64,000 nt of DNA from IMG/VR virus record IMGVR_UViG_3300027710_000022, positions 11,076-75,075 of that record. One strand, given 5' to 3'. This document shows positions 9,778 to 19,987 of the stretch, one piece after another; the stretch's first letter is position 1, and every line of letters starts with the position of its first letter. Below the pieces are notes generated by a model. It was not told where the DNA came from and made no database searches. It worked only from the letters and a program-made list of their open reading frames with translations. Made by a program: the position numbers and the translations under genes. The DNA comes from a virus (taxonomy: Duplodnaviria; Caudoviricetes).

Positions 9778-10620
9778 ATGTTATTAAAATTAGGATCAGA
9801 AGGGGAAGACGTTAAAAAACTACAAGTTAAATTAGGCGTTGACCCAATCGGTAAATTTGGACCAAAAACTGAAGCTGCCGTTAAATCTTGGCAATCTTCC
9901 AATGGATTAACAGCAGATGGTATTGTTGGTGATGGTACTTGGGGTAAATTATTTGCTGAGGGTACAGTATCTGCACCTACGGTAATTACTGAACCAGCAC
10001 CTATTGCCAGTGTAGGGGGATTAAAATTAGAAAAATTAAAGGGACATATTCCCGATTCAGTTATTAAAATGATACCCGACACTGCGGCTAAATTTCAAAT
10101 TAACACACCATTAAGACTTGCACATTTCTTGGCTCAATGTGGTCACGAATCAGGAGGGTTTAGAGCAACAAAAGAAAATTTAAATTATTCCGCTAAAGGA
10201 TTAGTTGGCACATTTAAGAAGTACTTCCCTACTGAGGCAGCCGCGAAACCATACGAAAGACAACCTACTAAGATTGCAAATAAAGTTTATGGAAATAGAA
10301 TGGGTAATGGCCCTGAATCATCAGGTGAAGGTGCAAAATTCTGTGGTCGTGGTTACATCCAATTAACTGGTAAAGAAAACTACACTGCATTTGGTAAATC
10401 AATCAATGAAGACATTTTATCAAATCCTGATAAAGTTGCTTCGGATTATGCGTTATTATCAGCGGCTTGGTTCTTCTCAAAGAACGGTCTACATAAAATG
10501 GCAGATGGTGGAGCAACCGATGCTGTCGTTACTTCAATTACAAAAAGAGTAAATGGTGGAACTATCGGATTAGCTGATAGAATTAAACACTTTAAAGAAT
10601 ACTATTCGTTATTATCATAA
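9778..10620 (+). CDS. Endolysin: PG_binding_1 plus GH19 lysozyme/chitinase domain
   Basis: LKLGSEGEDVKKLQ...DGIVGDGTW; RLAHFLAQCGHESGGF, GRGYIQLTGKENY, ITKRVNGGTIGLADR. Confidence 0.92.
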   Translation: MLLKLGSEGEDVKKLQVKLGVDPIGKFGPKTEAAVKSWQSSNGLTADGIVGDGTWGKLFAEGTVSAPTVITEPAPIASVGGLKLEKLKGHIPDSVIKMIPDTAAKFQINTPLRLAHFLAQCGHESGGFRATKENLNYSAKGLVGTFKKYFPTEAAAKPYERQPTKIANKVYGNRMGNGPESSGEGAKFCGRGYIQLTGKENYTAFGKSINEDILSNPDKVASDYALLSAAWFFSKNGLHKMADGGATDAVVTSITKRVNGGTIGLADRIKHFKEYYSLLS

Positions 10621-10622
10621 AT

Positions 10623-10651
10623 AAAAAAAGGGACTTAACGTCCCTTTTTTT
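10623..10651. terminator. Bidirectional intrinsic terminator
   Basis: A7-GGGAC TTAAC GTCCC-T7 between convergent genes. Confidence 0.75.
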
Positions 10652-12416
10652 ATATCTCTTCTTGACCATCCTGTTGGGGTTCTTGTGGTACCTCAGGATT
10701 AGGTTGTTGTACTTTTTCTTTTTTCTTCTTAGGAGGTAATCCGTGTTGAATGTCACCGTATTTTCCACCCTCATAACCAACCATAGTCGGTACTCTTTTT
10801 CCTTCGATTACGGTTAATCTATGAGACAAATCTTCATCCCACATTTGTTTACTAACTAAATAACCTAACGCTTCACCACCATCGGATAATGTTGGATTAT
10901 CAATTATTACATAGAAAGCATCTCCATTATCTGCAGAATAAGATTTAACGGCATATCTCTTACCTTGTTCATCTTCAGTTCTCATCATTTTTTCTTCTGA
11001 GAATCTATCATTATACTCTATCTTAGTTGTACCGTCCATTACCCATTCAAATGAACTGATGTGATAGATACCAAATAAGTGAGAAGATTTACTTTGGTAA
11101 ATTCTATAGTTGTCATCCTTCTGTCCTTTTCTAACAAGAACATAGTCTTTTTGCATGAAATCATTAACAAGATATTCAATACCTGGCTTCCCAATTTGTT
11201 TTAATTTCCTATCTAATTTTTCACGATATGGATAATCAGGAGGACTTGTTTTTAATATTGCGGTTAATAATTTACTATTTGAAATTCTTGATGTTGCATC
11301 ATGTAATTGCATCATCGTAATATAAGTCGTCTTTAATTCTGGTGTCATTGCATTCCAAGAATCGACTTCTTTAATTTTACCACCTACAGCAATATATTCT
11401 GTCATTCTCTGTGGTGTTTGTGCTGAAAATTCATTTGGATCACCAGGAGTTTCATTGATAACGTCCGTAACCTTTGCAGATTCTAATTCTTCTTGAGATA
11501 ATGCTCTCCATTCAAATTTATCTCTTTCACCATCTAATTGTGGCCAAGTACTAACAATAAAATCCCAACTCTTGGTTTCATCTCCATCATTAAACATTGA
11601 ACTTACAGTATAAGAACCGTAGTTGTTTATTTGGATTGCTGCCATATGAAATCTAGCCTCATTGGTATCATCACTTAAATAATTTCTATTATCATCAATA
11701 AGGAAATAGAATGTTTTCTTATCACTTCTTCTGTAGTAACCGTATTGATTGGTACCATTACCGTAAAGATAGTTTCCTTCATCGTCAGTAATTCTAACAT
11801 CTCCCCTCCATGTAACACACCAAGGTGAATTTATTCTACCGTTTCTTCTAAATTTAATGTACTGGTCTCTGTGTAAAGATTGGTAGTAATAACCCATCCT
11901 TTTTGCATGAGTCTCACTTAATACTTTATATACTCTTACACCACCTTTATTTATAATGCAATTCTCATCACTAAACCACATTGGTTTCGACGCCTCAATT
12001 TTTGCTACGTTTGGTTGGTTACCGTCTGACGCAAATATTGCATCAAGTTTAGCCTTTTCATCCTCAACATCGTTTTCCTTTTCTTCACCACCCATTTCAA
12101 ATTTACCAAACTCAACTAAAAAAGAAACTAAGTCTTTAAATTTAAAAACTTGTATTTGTTTTAAATCATTTAATGAATATTTCTGTTTGTCCGGAAATCT
12201 ACCGTCGTGTCTTTTTAAAAATCTTAAGACACCTGAATTCTCAATAGAAATTTGATTTTTAATGTTGGTGTGTCTATTAAAGACCTTTTCTCCTTGCTCG
12301 TCTGTTAACTCGGGAACCTCAGTTCTCCATTTAGTCATTAGTTCATTGAAAAAGGTTTTTTGATTTGCTTTTATCTCCTCAAAAACCATATCAAATATTA
12401 AATCATTAATCTTCAT
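10650..12416 (-). CDS. Large hypothetical protein
   Basis: 588-aa ORF; MKINDLIFDMVFEE start; two TATTTATA copies upstream on the minus strand (12421-12439). Confidence 0.75.
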   Translation of the reverse strand: MKINDLIFDMVFEEIKANQKTFFNELMTKWRTEVPELTDEQGEKVFNRHTNIKNQISIENSGVLRFLKRHDGRFPDKQKYSLNDLKQIQVFKFKDLVSFLVEFGKFEMGGEEKENDVEDEKAKLDAIFASDGNQPNVAKIEASKPMWFSDENCIINKGGVRVYKVLSETHAKRMGYYYQSLHRDQYIKFRRNGRINSPWCVTWRGDVRITDDEGNYLYGNGTNQYGYYRRSDKKTFYFLIDDNRNYLSDDTNEARFHMAAIQINNYGSYTVSSMFNDGDETKSWDFIVSTWPQLDGERDKFEWRALSQEELESAKVTDVINETPGDPNEFSAQTPQRMTEYIAVGGKIKEVDSWNAMTPELKTTYITMMQLHDATSRISNSKLLTAILKTSPPDYPYREKLDRKLKQIGKPGIEYLVNDFMQKDYVLVRKGQKDDNYRIYQSKSSHLFGIYHISSFEWVMDGTTKIEYNDRFSEEKMMRTEDEQGKRYAVKSYSADNGDAFYVIIDNPTLSDGGEALGYLVSKQMWDEDLSHRLTVIEGKRVPTMVGYEGGKYGDIQHGLPPKKKKEKVQQPNPEVPQEPQQDGQEEI

Positions 12417-12467
12417 AGTATATAAATATCCTATAAATATCTTTTTTTAGTGTTAAAATCAAGACAT

Positions 12468-12809
12468 TTATTGGGTTAATTGAGATTCCGATTTAATATA
12501 TGTTTGTTTTAAGTTATCCAATTCATCTAAAATAGATTTACACATCTTTTCGATCATTAGTATTTTCATAAAGTTATCCGCATTGGATTTATCAAACTCA
12601 GAATTGTAGTTATTTAAAAGAACCATTTTCATGAGATTATCGTTCTCTGATTTTAACGTTCTTTCCTTTTTTCTTTGGAAATACTTCTTAGAATTTTCAC
12701 GGGTACACTCAATACAGTAATTGCTATGACCGTCCAAAACTAATTTGTTTTTGTAAAAATTGTCAAGGGTTTTAGGTGTTTTACAACCCGAACATTTCTT
12801 TTCGTTCAT
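12468..12809 (-). CDS. Zinc-finger protein (CxxC...CxxC)
   Basis: CSGCKTPKTLDNFYKNK...YCIEC; upstream TTTG(12862-65)-N20-TACTTTTG(12834-41) promoter. Confidence 0.7.
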   Translation of the reverse strand: MNEKKCSGCKTPKTLDNFYKNKLVLDGHSNYCIECTRENSKKYFQRKKERTLKSENDNLMKMVLLNNYNSEFDKSNADNFMKILMIEKMCKSILDELDNLKQTYIKSESQLTQ

Positions 12810-12905
12810 CTTTTTATTGGTTTATTTATGATGCAAAAGTATGTATATTAAAAAAGATTACCAAATATTCTAAAAAATATTTGTGTATAACTAAAATTAC
12901 GTTAT

Positions 12906-13472
12906 ATGGGAGAACCGATACTAAAAATAGGATATTACTCAATTTATCAAATAAAGACAGCTAGAGGGGTAAAATATAAAGTTGATAGTGGTAAGACCAT
13001 ATACATCGAAAGGTTCAAAAAATTCATCATTAACCCCTATAGAGACACTAAAGAGTTCACTTCTCTTGATAAGGCTAAAGAATATGTGGGTCTTAAATTA
13101 GTAAAAAGAGGTCAAGAAAAAAAGAAAAAAATTGATAAATTACCGAAATCTTTGTATTTGGTGTTAATTAAAGAAGAGTCGACAGGTAAGACATTTGTTA
13201 AGGTTGGTATAACATCTAAACGATTCATAATGAGACGTTTTAGTAAAGCATATGGATATGAAGGTTATATTGTTGAGACGATATTAAGAAGAATAGATAC
13301 ACCTAACGCCGAAAAATTAGAAGATGATATTAAAGAAAAACTTAATAAAAAAAAATCTGTAAAAAAATACAGACCAATTTTAGAATCTTTTTCAGGTTAT
13401 TCTGAATGTTTTAATTATGATGGATTAGACGAAATTGTTAAAATTTTCGATGAACTAACAAAAAATTGTTAG
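12906..13472 (+). CDS. GIY-YIG-like (T5orf172/MUG113-type) protein
   Basis: LYLVLI...FVKVGITS...RRF...GYSECF pattern. Confidence 0.6.
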   Translation: MGEPILKIGYYSIYQIKTARGVKYKVDSGKTIYIERFKKFIINPYRDTKEFTSLDKAKEYVGLKLVKRGQEKKKKIDKLPKSLYLVLIKEESTGKTFVKVGITSKRFIMRRFSKAYGYEGYIVETILRRIDTPNAEKLEDDIKEKLNKKKSVKKYRPILESFSGYSECFNYDGLDEIVKIFDELTKNC

Positions 13473-13915
13473 TCCCAAGCAAAATCTAAAGACAATTTAC
13501 CGTTATCGTTTTTGACAGTTAATCCACCATTTGCAATTGCAAGATGTGAATCGGCACCAACAACACCAAAAACTAATGTTGCTCCGTTGTTTAAACTGAT
13601 AACCGTTTCATTATCGAATTGTTTACCCTTGGCATTCTTATCAATAGGGGTACCTCCAATTGAACCTACAACTGATGGTGATTTATAATTTTTATTATAA
13701 ACATCTGAATTAGAAACGTCTGAACGGAATCCTAAAACCACTAATTTAACTTTTTGTGTTTTTAAACGTTTTATAATATCAATGTTACCTTGTGTTGTAG
13801 TTGCAGTTTTAATTGTTCCCGAAACTTTAGACACCGTCTTTGGGGACATTTGTTCACTTAATTGTGAATCTATAATTTTTTTTAACTGACCTTCTGTGAA
13901 TATATATTTTTTCAT
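13469..13915 (-). CDS. Hypothetical protein with FTEGQLKKII N-terminal motif
   Basis: MKKYIFTEGQLKKIIDSQLSEQ start. Confidence 0.7.
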   Translation of the reverse strand: MKKYIFTEGQLKKIIDSQLSEQMSPKTVSKVSGTIKTATTTQGNIDIIKRLKTQKVKLVVLGFRSDVSNSDVYNKNYKSPSVVGSIGGTPIDKNAKGKQFDNETVISLNNGATLVFGVVGADSHLAIANGGLTVKNDNGKLSLDFAWD

Positions 13916-13916
13916 A

Positions 13917-14216
13917 TTACTTAGCTCTTGGAGTTTTTTTGTTTAACGTTTCGTTTTCTTTGGTTAGATACTCAACTTTAACACTTAATGCGGCGACTTC
14001 TCTAGTCAATGTTAAAACCATTGATCTTAAGTCATCTTTTTCTCTTGATGCGGATTCTAATAATCCCTCTAATTTAGAAATTCTATCTTTACAATCGTGG
14101 CGAATGAAATCTTCATCTCTTTCTTTGTGTAACGCTCGCCTTTCGTAATATCTCCAAGCTCCTGTACCACCTAAAACCGTCACCGCAGTTATCAAAACTG
14201 AATAAATGTTCTCCAT
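13917..14216 (-). CDS. Membrane-anchored coiled-coil protein (holin-like candidate)
   Basis: N-terminal hydrophobic helix ending GGTGAWRYY, then a heptad coiled coil. TATTTATA just upstream (14222-14229). Confidence 0.5.
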   Translation of the reverse strand: MENIYSVLITAVTVLGGTGAWRYYERRALHKERDEDFIRHDCKDRISKLEGLLESASREKDDLRSMVLTLTREVAALSVKVEYLTKENETLNKKTPRAK

Positions 14217-14450
14217 ATTGTTATAAATAGTGTAATACAAAATAAAAATTTAAACTTTTTTAATATATCCTATCTATTATCCCAAATTAATTTTTTAATG
14301 ACAAATAGTCATGTGAAATTTAACCATTTTGGGTAACAAGTTCTTATTTATTTGTGTATGGAAAAAAATAATATAATCGATTCCAAACTTTCTTATATGG
14401 TTATTTTTCCGTATATTTTACAAAACAATAAATTCTTAAACAAAAAACGA

Positions 14451-17400
14451 ATGAAAAAAACAATTCTAAGTTTACTACTTTTATTAGTGGTAGGGTTTTC
14501 TGGGTTTGCTCAAGTAACAACCTCGACGATTTCCGGTATCGTAAAAACCGAAAAGGGTGAGACATTACCAGGTGCCACCGTTCAAGTAGTACACGTACCA
14601 ACAGGAACAAAGTACGGAGCAAGTACAAATTTATCTGGTAAATATGTGGTTCCTGCAGTGAGAGTAGGTGGACCGTACAAAGTAATAGTATCATTTGTTG
14701 GTTTTAATCAAAACGAACAATCAGATGTTAATACTTCTCTTGGTGTTACAACAAACGTAGATGTTGTGTTAGTTGAGTCGAGCACATCATTAAAAGAAGT
14801 TGTGGTAACAGGTGGAGGTAGAAATAGTACTTTCTCAAAAGAAAGAACTGGAGCATCACAACAATTCAGTAGACGAGAATTACAGGCAATTCCAATTACA
14901 GGTGCAAGAACTATCGATGGTATCACAAAATACAACCCATTCGGTAATGGTTCTTCATTTGGAGCTCAAGATTCTCGTTTGAATAATTTTACAATCGACG
15001 GTTCTCAATTTAACAACAACTTCGGTTTAGGTTCATCAGCACAAGCAGGTGGTAGAACAGGGGCTTCCGCCATATCGTTAGACGCGATTGAGCAATTGCA
15101 AGTGAACGTAGCACCATTCGATATTCGTCAAAGTGGATTTGTTGGTGCAGGTATTAATGCTGTAACAAGAAGTGGTTCAAACGAAATCGAAGGTTCGGTA
15201 TACCAAACACAAAGAGATAATAGTTCTCGTTATGTTGGTGACAATGCAAGAGGTACAACGGTAACCGCATCTAAATTTGATGAGAAGGTACAAGGGTTCC
15301 GATTAGGAGCACCAATCATTAAGAACAAATTGTTCATCTTTGGTAACTATGAATCAATTGATAGAACCGAACCAGGTACAACTTGGATTTCAACAGGTTC
15401 TCCTTTAACAGGTTCACAAGTTAGTAGACCAACTTTCCAACAATTGACTGACCTTTCTAAATTTATGAAAGACAAGTTTAATTATGAAACGGGTCCGTTC
15501 GAAGGATATTCTAACACTAACACTTCCAATAAATTCTTGGTACGTTTAGATTGGAATATTAATGATAAAAATAAATTAACAACTCGTTATGTGTTCCATA
15601 ATTCAGAAGCACAAATTGGAATTTCAAATTCACAATCTGCGGGTTTCGGTAATAGAACTCAAAACATCAATGCAATGTCTTTCCAAAATAGTGGATATAC
15701 TATTCAGGATAACACACGTTCATTGGTAATGGAATTAAACTCAAAGTTCTCAAACACTTTACATAACAACTTAATTGTTTCATATGATAAACAAATTGAG
15801 AATAGAGGTTACATGTCTCAAATGTTTCCAACGATTGATATTAAAGAGGGTTCAACAACATTAACATCTGTTGGTTTTGACCCTTTCACTCCTGGTAACA
15901 AATTAGATTATAATACATTTAACATTACAAACAACTTAACAAAGTACATGGATAAACATACTTTAGTGGGTGGTTTTAACTTTCAAATGTATCAATCAAA
16001 TAATTTATTCTTTCCAGCTTCTAATGGTGTTTACATCTTTAATAGTTTGGCAGATTTCTACACCGCGGCTAATCAATCATTGGCAAATGGTGGTAAACCA
16101 TCAGCATTCGCACCAGCTCGTTTCCAATTCCGTTATTCGGCATTACCCGGAGCGATCGAACCAATGCAAACTCTTAAATCTAATAGATTAGATTTGTATT
16201 TACAAGATGAATATAATGCAACTAAAGATTTAGTTTTAACATTTGGTGTTAGAGCGAACATTATTGGATTTGATAATACTGCTTTGGAGAACCCAACAAT
16301 TACCGCAATGACATTTGCAAATGGTGAGAAGTTTAATACGGGTACAATGCCAAAAACACAAGTTCTATTAGAACCTCGTTTAGGATTCAACTGGGATGTT
16401 AAGGGTGAGAAGAAAACACAAGTACGTGGCGGAACAGGTGTATTCACAGGTCGTCCTCCATATGTGTTCTTATCTAACCAAATTGGTAACAATGGTGTGT
16501 TAACAGGATTTATCGATGTTAGTGGAGCCGCAGCTGCACAATACGGATTCACTGCGGACCCTAACAAATACTTTATCCCATCAACCCCAACTTTACCATC
16601 AACATTTGACTTGGCGTTAACTGACCCTAATTATAAATTTCCACAAGTATGGAAAACAAATTTAGCGGTTGACCAAAAATTACCATTCCTTGGTTTAGTC
16701 GGTAGTGTTGAATATTTGTATAATAAAACAATCAATGCTGTTCATTATTATGAGGCTAACTTACAAAATCCGGTGGGTACATTGGGTGGTGTTGATAATA
16801 GACCTCGTTTTGGTGGTACTGATGCAACAGTTAGAGTAAATAATAGTGTTTCAAGAGCGGCTGTCCTTACAACTAAAGACGGTGCATATCACGAATCATT
16901 AACATTGAAATTAGAAAAACCAGTTCAAAAAGGATTTTGGGGTTCAATTGCTTGGACAACAGCAAACTCAAAAGACTATATGAGTGCGGGTTCAATCGCA
17001 AGTGGTTCTTGGCAATCAGCATTATCAGTTAATGGTAATAACGATTTAGGATTATCATTCGCAGATGCGTTTGTTAAAAATAGATTTGTTGGTTTATTAG
17101 GTTACAGAATTGATTATGGTAAAGGTTTAGGTGGGGCAACTACATTTACTTTAGGTTATGTGGGACAACAATCTAATCCATTCTCATACATCGCAGCAGG
17201 TGACTTAAACGGTGATAGAGTAAACAACAACGATTTAATCTTCGTACCTAACAAGGGTTCAGATATCAAATTCGCAAGTTTAACCGCAGGTGGTAAAACA
17301 TTTACTGAAGCAGAACAACAAGCCGCATTCGATGCATTTATTGGACAAGATGAATACTTGTCAACTCGTAGAGGTCAATATGCTGAAAGAAATGGTGGAT

Positions 17401-17735
17401 TATTACCATATCTACATAGACTTGATTTCTCAGTTGCACAAGATGTGTTTGTTAAAATTGGAGGTAAAAGAAATTCGTTCCAAATTAGAATGGATATTCT
17501 TAACTTTACAAATATGTTGAATAATGATTGGGGAGTTTCTCAAAGAGCAACAGCACCTCAATTGTTAAACTTTGTAAGTAGAGATGCTGTTACAAATGTA
17601 CCAACATATAGATTAGCAACTCAAAGATTGACAGATGGTTCTACTATTTTAGCTAGAGATTCTTATCAATACAATTCATCAGTATTTGATGTATGGAGTG
17701 CTCAATTAGGTATCCGATATATCTTCGGTAGATAA
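14451..17735 (+). CDS. TonB-dependent outer-membrane receptor, Oar-like (carboxypeptidase-regulatory-like N-domain)
   Basis: Signal peptide MKKTILSLLLLLVVGFSGFAQ; ISGIVKTEKGETLPGATV; plug motifs NNFTIDG, LDAIEQLQV, AGINAVTRSG; C-terminal QLGIRYIF. Confidence 0.92.
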   Translation: MKKTILSLLLLLVVGFSGFAQVTTSTISGIVKTEKGETLPGATVQVVHVPTGTKYGASTNLSGKYVVPAVRVGGPYKVIVSFVGFNQNEQSDVNTSLGVTTNVDVVLVESSTSLKEVVVTGGGRNSTFSKERTGASQQFSRRELQAIPITGARTIDGITKYNPFGNGSSFGAQDSRLNNFTIDGSQFNNNFGLGSSAQAGGRTGASAISLDAIEQLQVNVAPFDIRQSGFVGAGINAVTRSGSNEIEGSVYQTQRDNSSRYVGDNARGTTVTASKFDEKVQGFRLGAPIIKNKLFIFGNYESIDRTEPGTTWISTGSPLTGSQVSRPTFQQLTDLSKFMKDKFNYETGPFEGYSNTNTSNKFLVRLDWNINDKNKLTTRYVFHNSEAQIGISNSQSAGFGNRTQNINAMSFQNSGYTIQDNTRSLVMELNSKFSNTLHNNLIVSYDKQIENRGYMSQMFPTIDIKEGSTTLTSVGFDPFTPGNKLDYNTFNITNNLTKYMDKHTLVGGFNFQMYQSNNLFFPASNGVYIFNSLADFYTAANQSLANGGKPSAFAPARFQFRYSALPGAIEPMQTLKSNRLDLYLQDEYNATKDLVLTFGVRANIIGFDNTALENPTITAMTFANGEKFNTGTMPKTQVLLEPRLGFNWDVKGEKKTQVRGGTGVFTGRPPYVFLSNQIGNNGVLTGFIDVSGAAAAQYGFTADPNKYFIPSTPTLPSTFDLALTDPNYKFPQVWKTNLAVDQKLPFLGLVGSVEYLYNKTINAVHYYEANLQNPVGTLGGVDNRPRFGGTDATVRVNNSVSRAAVLTTKDGAYHESLTLKLEKPVQKGFWGSIAWTTANSKDYMSAGSIASGSWQSALSVNGNNDLGLSFADAFVKNRFVGLLGYRIDYGKGLGGATTFTLGYVGQQSNPFSYIAAGDLNGDRVNNNDLIFVPNKGSDIKFASLTAGGKTFTEAEQQAAFDAFIGQDEYLSTRRGQYAERNGGLLPYLHRLDFSVAQDVFVKIGGKRNSFQIRMDILNFTNMLNNDWGVSQRATAPQLLNFVSRDAVTNVPTYRLATQRLTDGSTILARDSYQYNSSVFDVWSAQLGIRYIFGR

Positions 17736-17804
17736 TTTAAATTATAAAAAAGAATGGGGAGATGTTTTTACATTCTCCCCTTTTTTATGTATATTATGTG
17801 AGAT

Positions 17805-18356
17805 ATGAGCAAGATAATTAATTTTTTCGGTGGTCCGGGTATCGGTAAATCCACACAAGCATCTGGTTTATTTACCGAGATGAAAAAACGCCACATGAGT
17901 GTTGAATATACATATGAGTTCCCAAAAGAGGTGGCTTGGGAAGGTAATATATCCCAATTAAGGGATCAGTTCTTTATAACCGCAAATCAACATAGAAACA
18001 TTAGTCGTCTTTATGGTAAGGTTGATTATATAATTGTCGATTCACCGATTATTCTTGGTTGCTTTTATGAACAAAGATATGGTGATGGTTATCCAGCATC
18101 ATTTTATGGAATGACAGGTTTAGGTAACTTTATATGGAAGTTGTTTAAACAATATGAAAATATAAACATAATCTTAAAGAGAAATAATGAAACATATGAC
18201 CCTAACGGTAGGATACAAGATTTACGAGAGGCTGAAGAAATTGATAAAGATATTAAACTCACATTGGACATTAATAATATACCTTATAGTGAATTTTCTG
18301 TTCATAATGACACTCCTTTGGAGATTTACAACTATTTAATAGAAAACAATTTATGA
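17805..18356 (+). CDS. P-loop ATPase/kinase, AAA_28 (NadR-type) family
   Basis: INFFGGPGIGKST Walker A, YEFPKE, YIIVDSP. Confidence 0.75.
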   Translation: MSKIINFFGGPGIGKSTQASGLFTEMKKRHMSVEYTYEFPKEVAWEGNISQLRDQFFITANQHRNISRLYGKVDYIIVDSPIILGCFYEQRYGDGYPASFYGMTGLGNFIWKLFKQYENINIILKRNNETYDPNGRIQDLREAEEIDKDIKLTLDINNIPYSEFSVHNDTPLEIYNYLIENNL

Positions 18357-18955
18357 AAAAAGGTTTACTATTAATCGTCTTTATTTTATTCGGTGCAGTA
18401 TTATTCGCACAAGATACCATAAGAGTTAAAAATCAAGTATTTGAGGTACTTTACTCTCAAAAATTAGAATCACCTCTTTGGTTAAAATATCGTTCAATTA
18501 ATAGACCGACAAATGTCAATAGAGGGTCTATGGATTTTTACACCGAAAAGAATATTAAAACTTCGGACGCCGAGGACTATAGAGCGAACATATATGATAA
18601 GGGTCATTTAGCACCCGCAGCTTCTTTTTCTGATAATATGGAAAACTTGAAACAAACATTTTCATATTTGAACTGTATGATGCAAGACCAATATCAAAAT
18701 AGAGGTGAGTGGAGATTGTTGGAAGAACAAGAAAGAAAATGGGATGATGTTGAACCGTTAACAATAATCATTAAAGTATTTTTTGACGATACACCCAAAA
18801 GAGTACCAACAAATGCGGCAATTCCATCACACATGCAAAAACACATATATTTTGAAAAACAAAAAAAGTGGAAATGCTTTGTTTTCTTAAATCAAAAGCC
18901 TAAATTTAAATGGGATGAACTTGAAATGGTATGTCCACCAAGTGATCACAAGTAA
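18353..18955 (+). CDS. Secreted DNA/RNA non-specific endonuclease (NucA/EndA, beta-beta-alpha-metal)
   Basis: Signal peptide; YDKGHLAPAA catalytic motif; NRGEWRLLE. Confidence 0.9.
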   Translation: MKKGLLLIVFILFGAVLFAQDTIRVKNQVFEVLYSQKLESPLWLKYRSINRPTNVNRGSMDFYTEKNIKTSDAEDYRANIYDKGHLAPAASFSDNMENLKQTFSYLNCMMQDQYQNRGEWRLLEEQERKWDDVEPLTIIIKVFFDDTPKRVPTNAAIPSHMQKHIYFEKQKKWKCFVFLNQKPKFKWDELEMVCPPSDHK

Positions 18956-18958
18956 ATT

Positions 18959-19159
18959 ATGTTAAACAAAGAATTAGTAAACTATCAAGATAAACTATAT
19001 TGGGTTTATAGAAGAATTAAACATTCACAAGTAAAGGAAGGTTCTGTTAATGATTTAAAGGAATTTTGGTACTGTGATATGGTAGTTAGAAATAGAAATC
19101 AACAAGACGATACCCTTTTATTTTTAAGAGAGATTGAAGAAGCTAAAATAGTTTCTTAA
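18959..19159 (+). CDS. Hypothetical protein
   Basis: 66-aa ORF contiguous with the nuclease gene. Confidence 0.55.
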   Translation: MLNKELVNYQDKLYWVYRRIKHSQVKEGSVNDLKEFWYCDMVVRNRNQQDDTLLFLREIEEAKIVS

Positions 19160-19535
19160 TTTCCTTTAAACAAATATTAGAGTACTTTTCTTCGTTTCTC
19201 TTAGCTTGTCTTTCTAAAGGGTTTTGAGAATAATATCTGGACAATTCGTATTCTCTATATTTTCTACGGACCTGCAAGTAATGCGTATATTCGTGAATTA
19301 CTGTCGATATAATATCGTGTATTGTGTTATTATTTGGTAGATATATTATAATTTCATTTCTATAAAAACAATAGTTACCGAAAACATCAAAATTATCCAT
19401 CTTACGTTTTCTTTCACTAAATCTAAACAATAACTTACGTCTTTTTCTATCACATAGACCAAAATACTTTATACACCACTTCAATGCATATGTGGCATAA
19501 CGTTTTTTGGTTTCTATGTCAATAGTTCTACCCAT
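19143..19535 (-). CDS. HExxH metallopeptidase-like protein
   Basis: TVIHEYTHYLQ...NPLERQA motif. Confidence 0.6.
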   Translation of the reverse strand: MGRTIDIETKKRYATYALKWCIKYFGLCDRKRRKLLFRFSERKRKMDNFDVFGNYCFYRNEIIIYLPNNNTIHDIISTVIHEYTHYLQVRRKYREYELSRYYSQNPLERQAKRNEEKYSNICLKEIKKLF

Positions 19536-19887
19536 TGTTAGTTTTATCTGTTTTTATAGTTCTCGTGGTCTTTTTAGGTGGTTTAACGAAATCGTTAATC
19601 GCGTCGAAGTTGTTTGAAATGTCTTTTAAAACCGCAGCAAATTCGTAATTTTCATTTTCCTCATGTTTTTTCAATAAAACGATAAGAAAACTTTTTAACT
19701 CCATGTCGGTTAATTGGGCTCTGGATTTAACCGAACTCTTCATTAACTTAAAAACCATATAAAGTACTGACATTTTTTTCTCTTGTGGTAACGAGAAGTA
19801 ATTCTCAATGGTAACATTAGATAAAATGTTAATACTCACGGTTTCCAAGAATTGGATAAAAGATGGATGATTTACGTTTACTTTCAT
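19528..19887 (-). CDS. Hypothetical protein with a UvrB/C-like (UVR) motif
   Basis: HEENENYEFAAVLKD resembles the UVR motif (ExYExAAxLRD). Confidence 0.55.
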   Translation of the reverse strand: MKVNVNHPSFIQFLETVSINILSNVTIENYFSLPQEKKMSVLYMVFKLMKSSVKSRAQLTDMELKSFLIVLLKKHEENENYEFAAVLKDISNNFDAINDFVKPPKKTTRTIKTDKTNNG

Positions 19888-19987
19888 TATTATTTCGTTT
19901 TTAAATAAATAGTGGGTGGATTGTTATAATAAATAAAAAAAGGGATAAAATTTTAGTTTTACCCCTTATTTGAAATAGTCTAAAATT

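Noticed and set aside
14451-17735. Window being a host chromosome or prophage boundary at the TBDR
   Set aside because: Both flanks are phage-style small ORFs, and there is no integrase, att-tRNA duplication or housekeeping operon. Chimerism cannot be fully excluded without reads.
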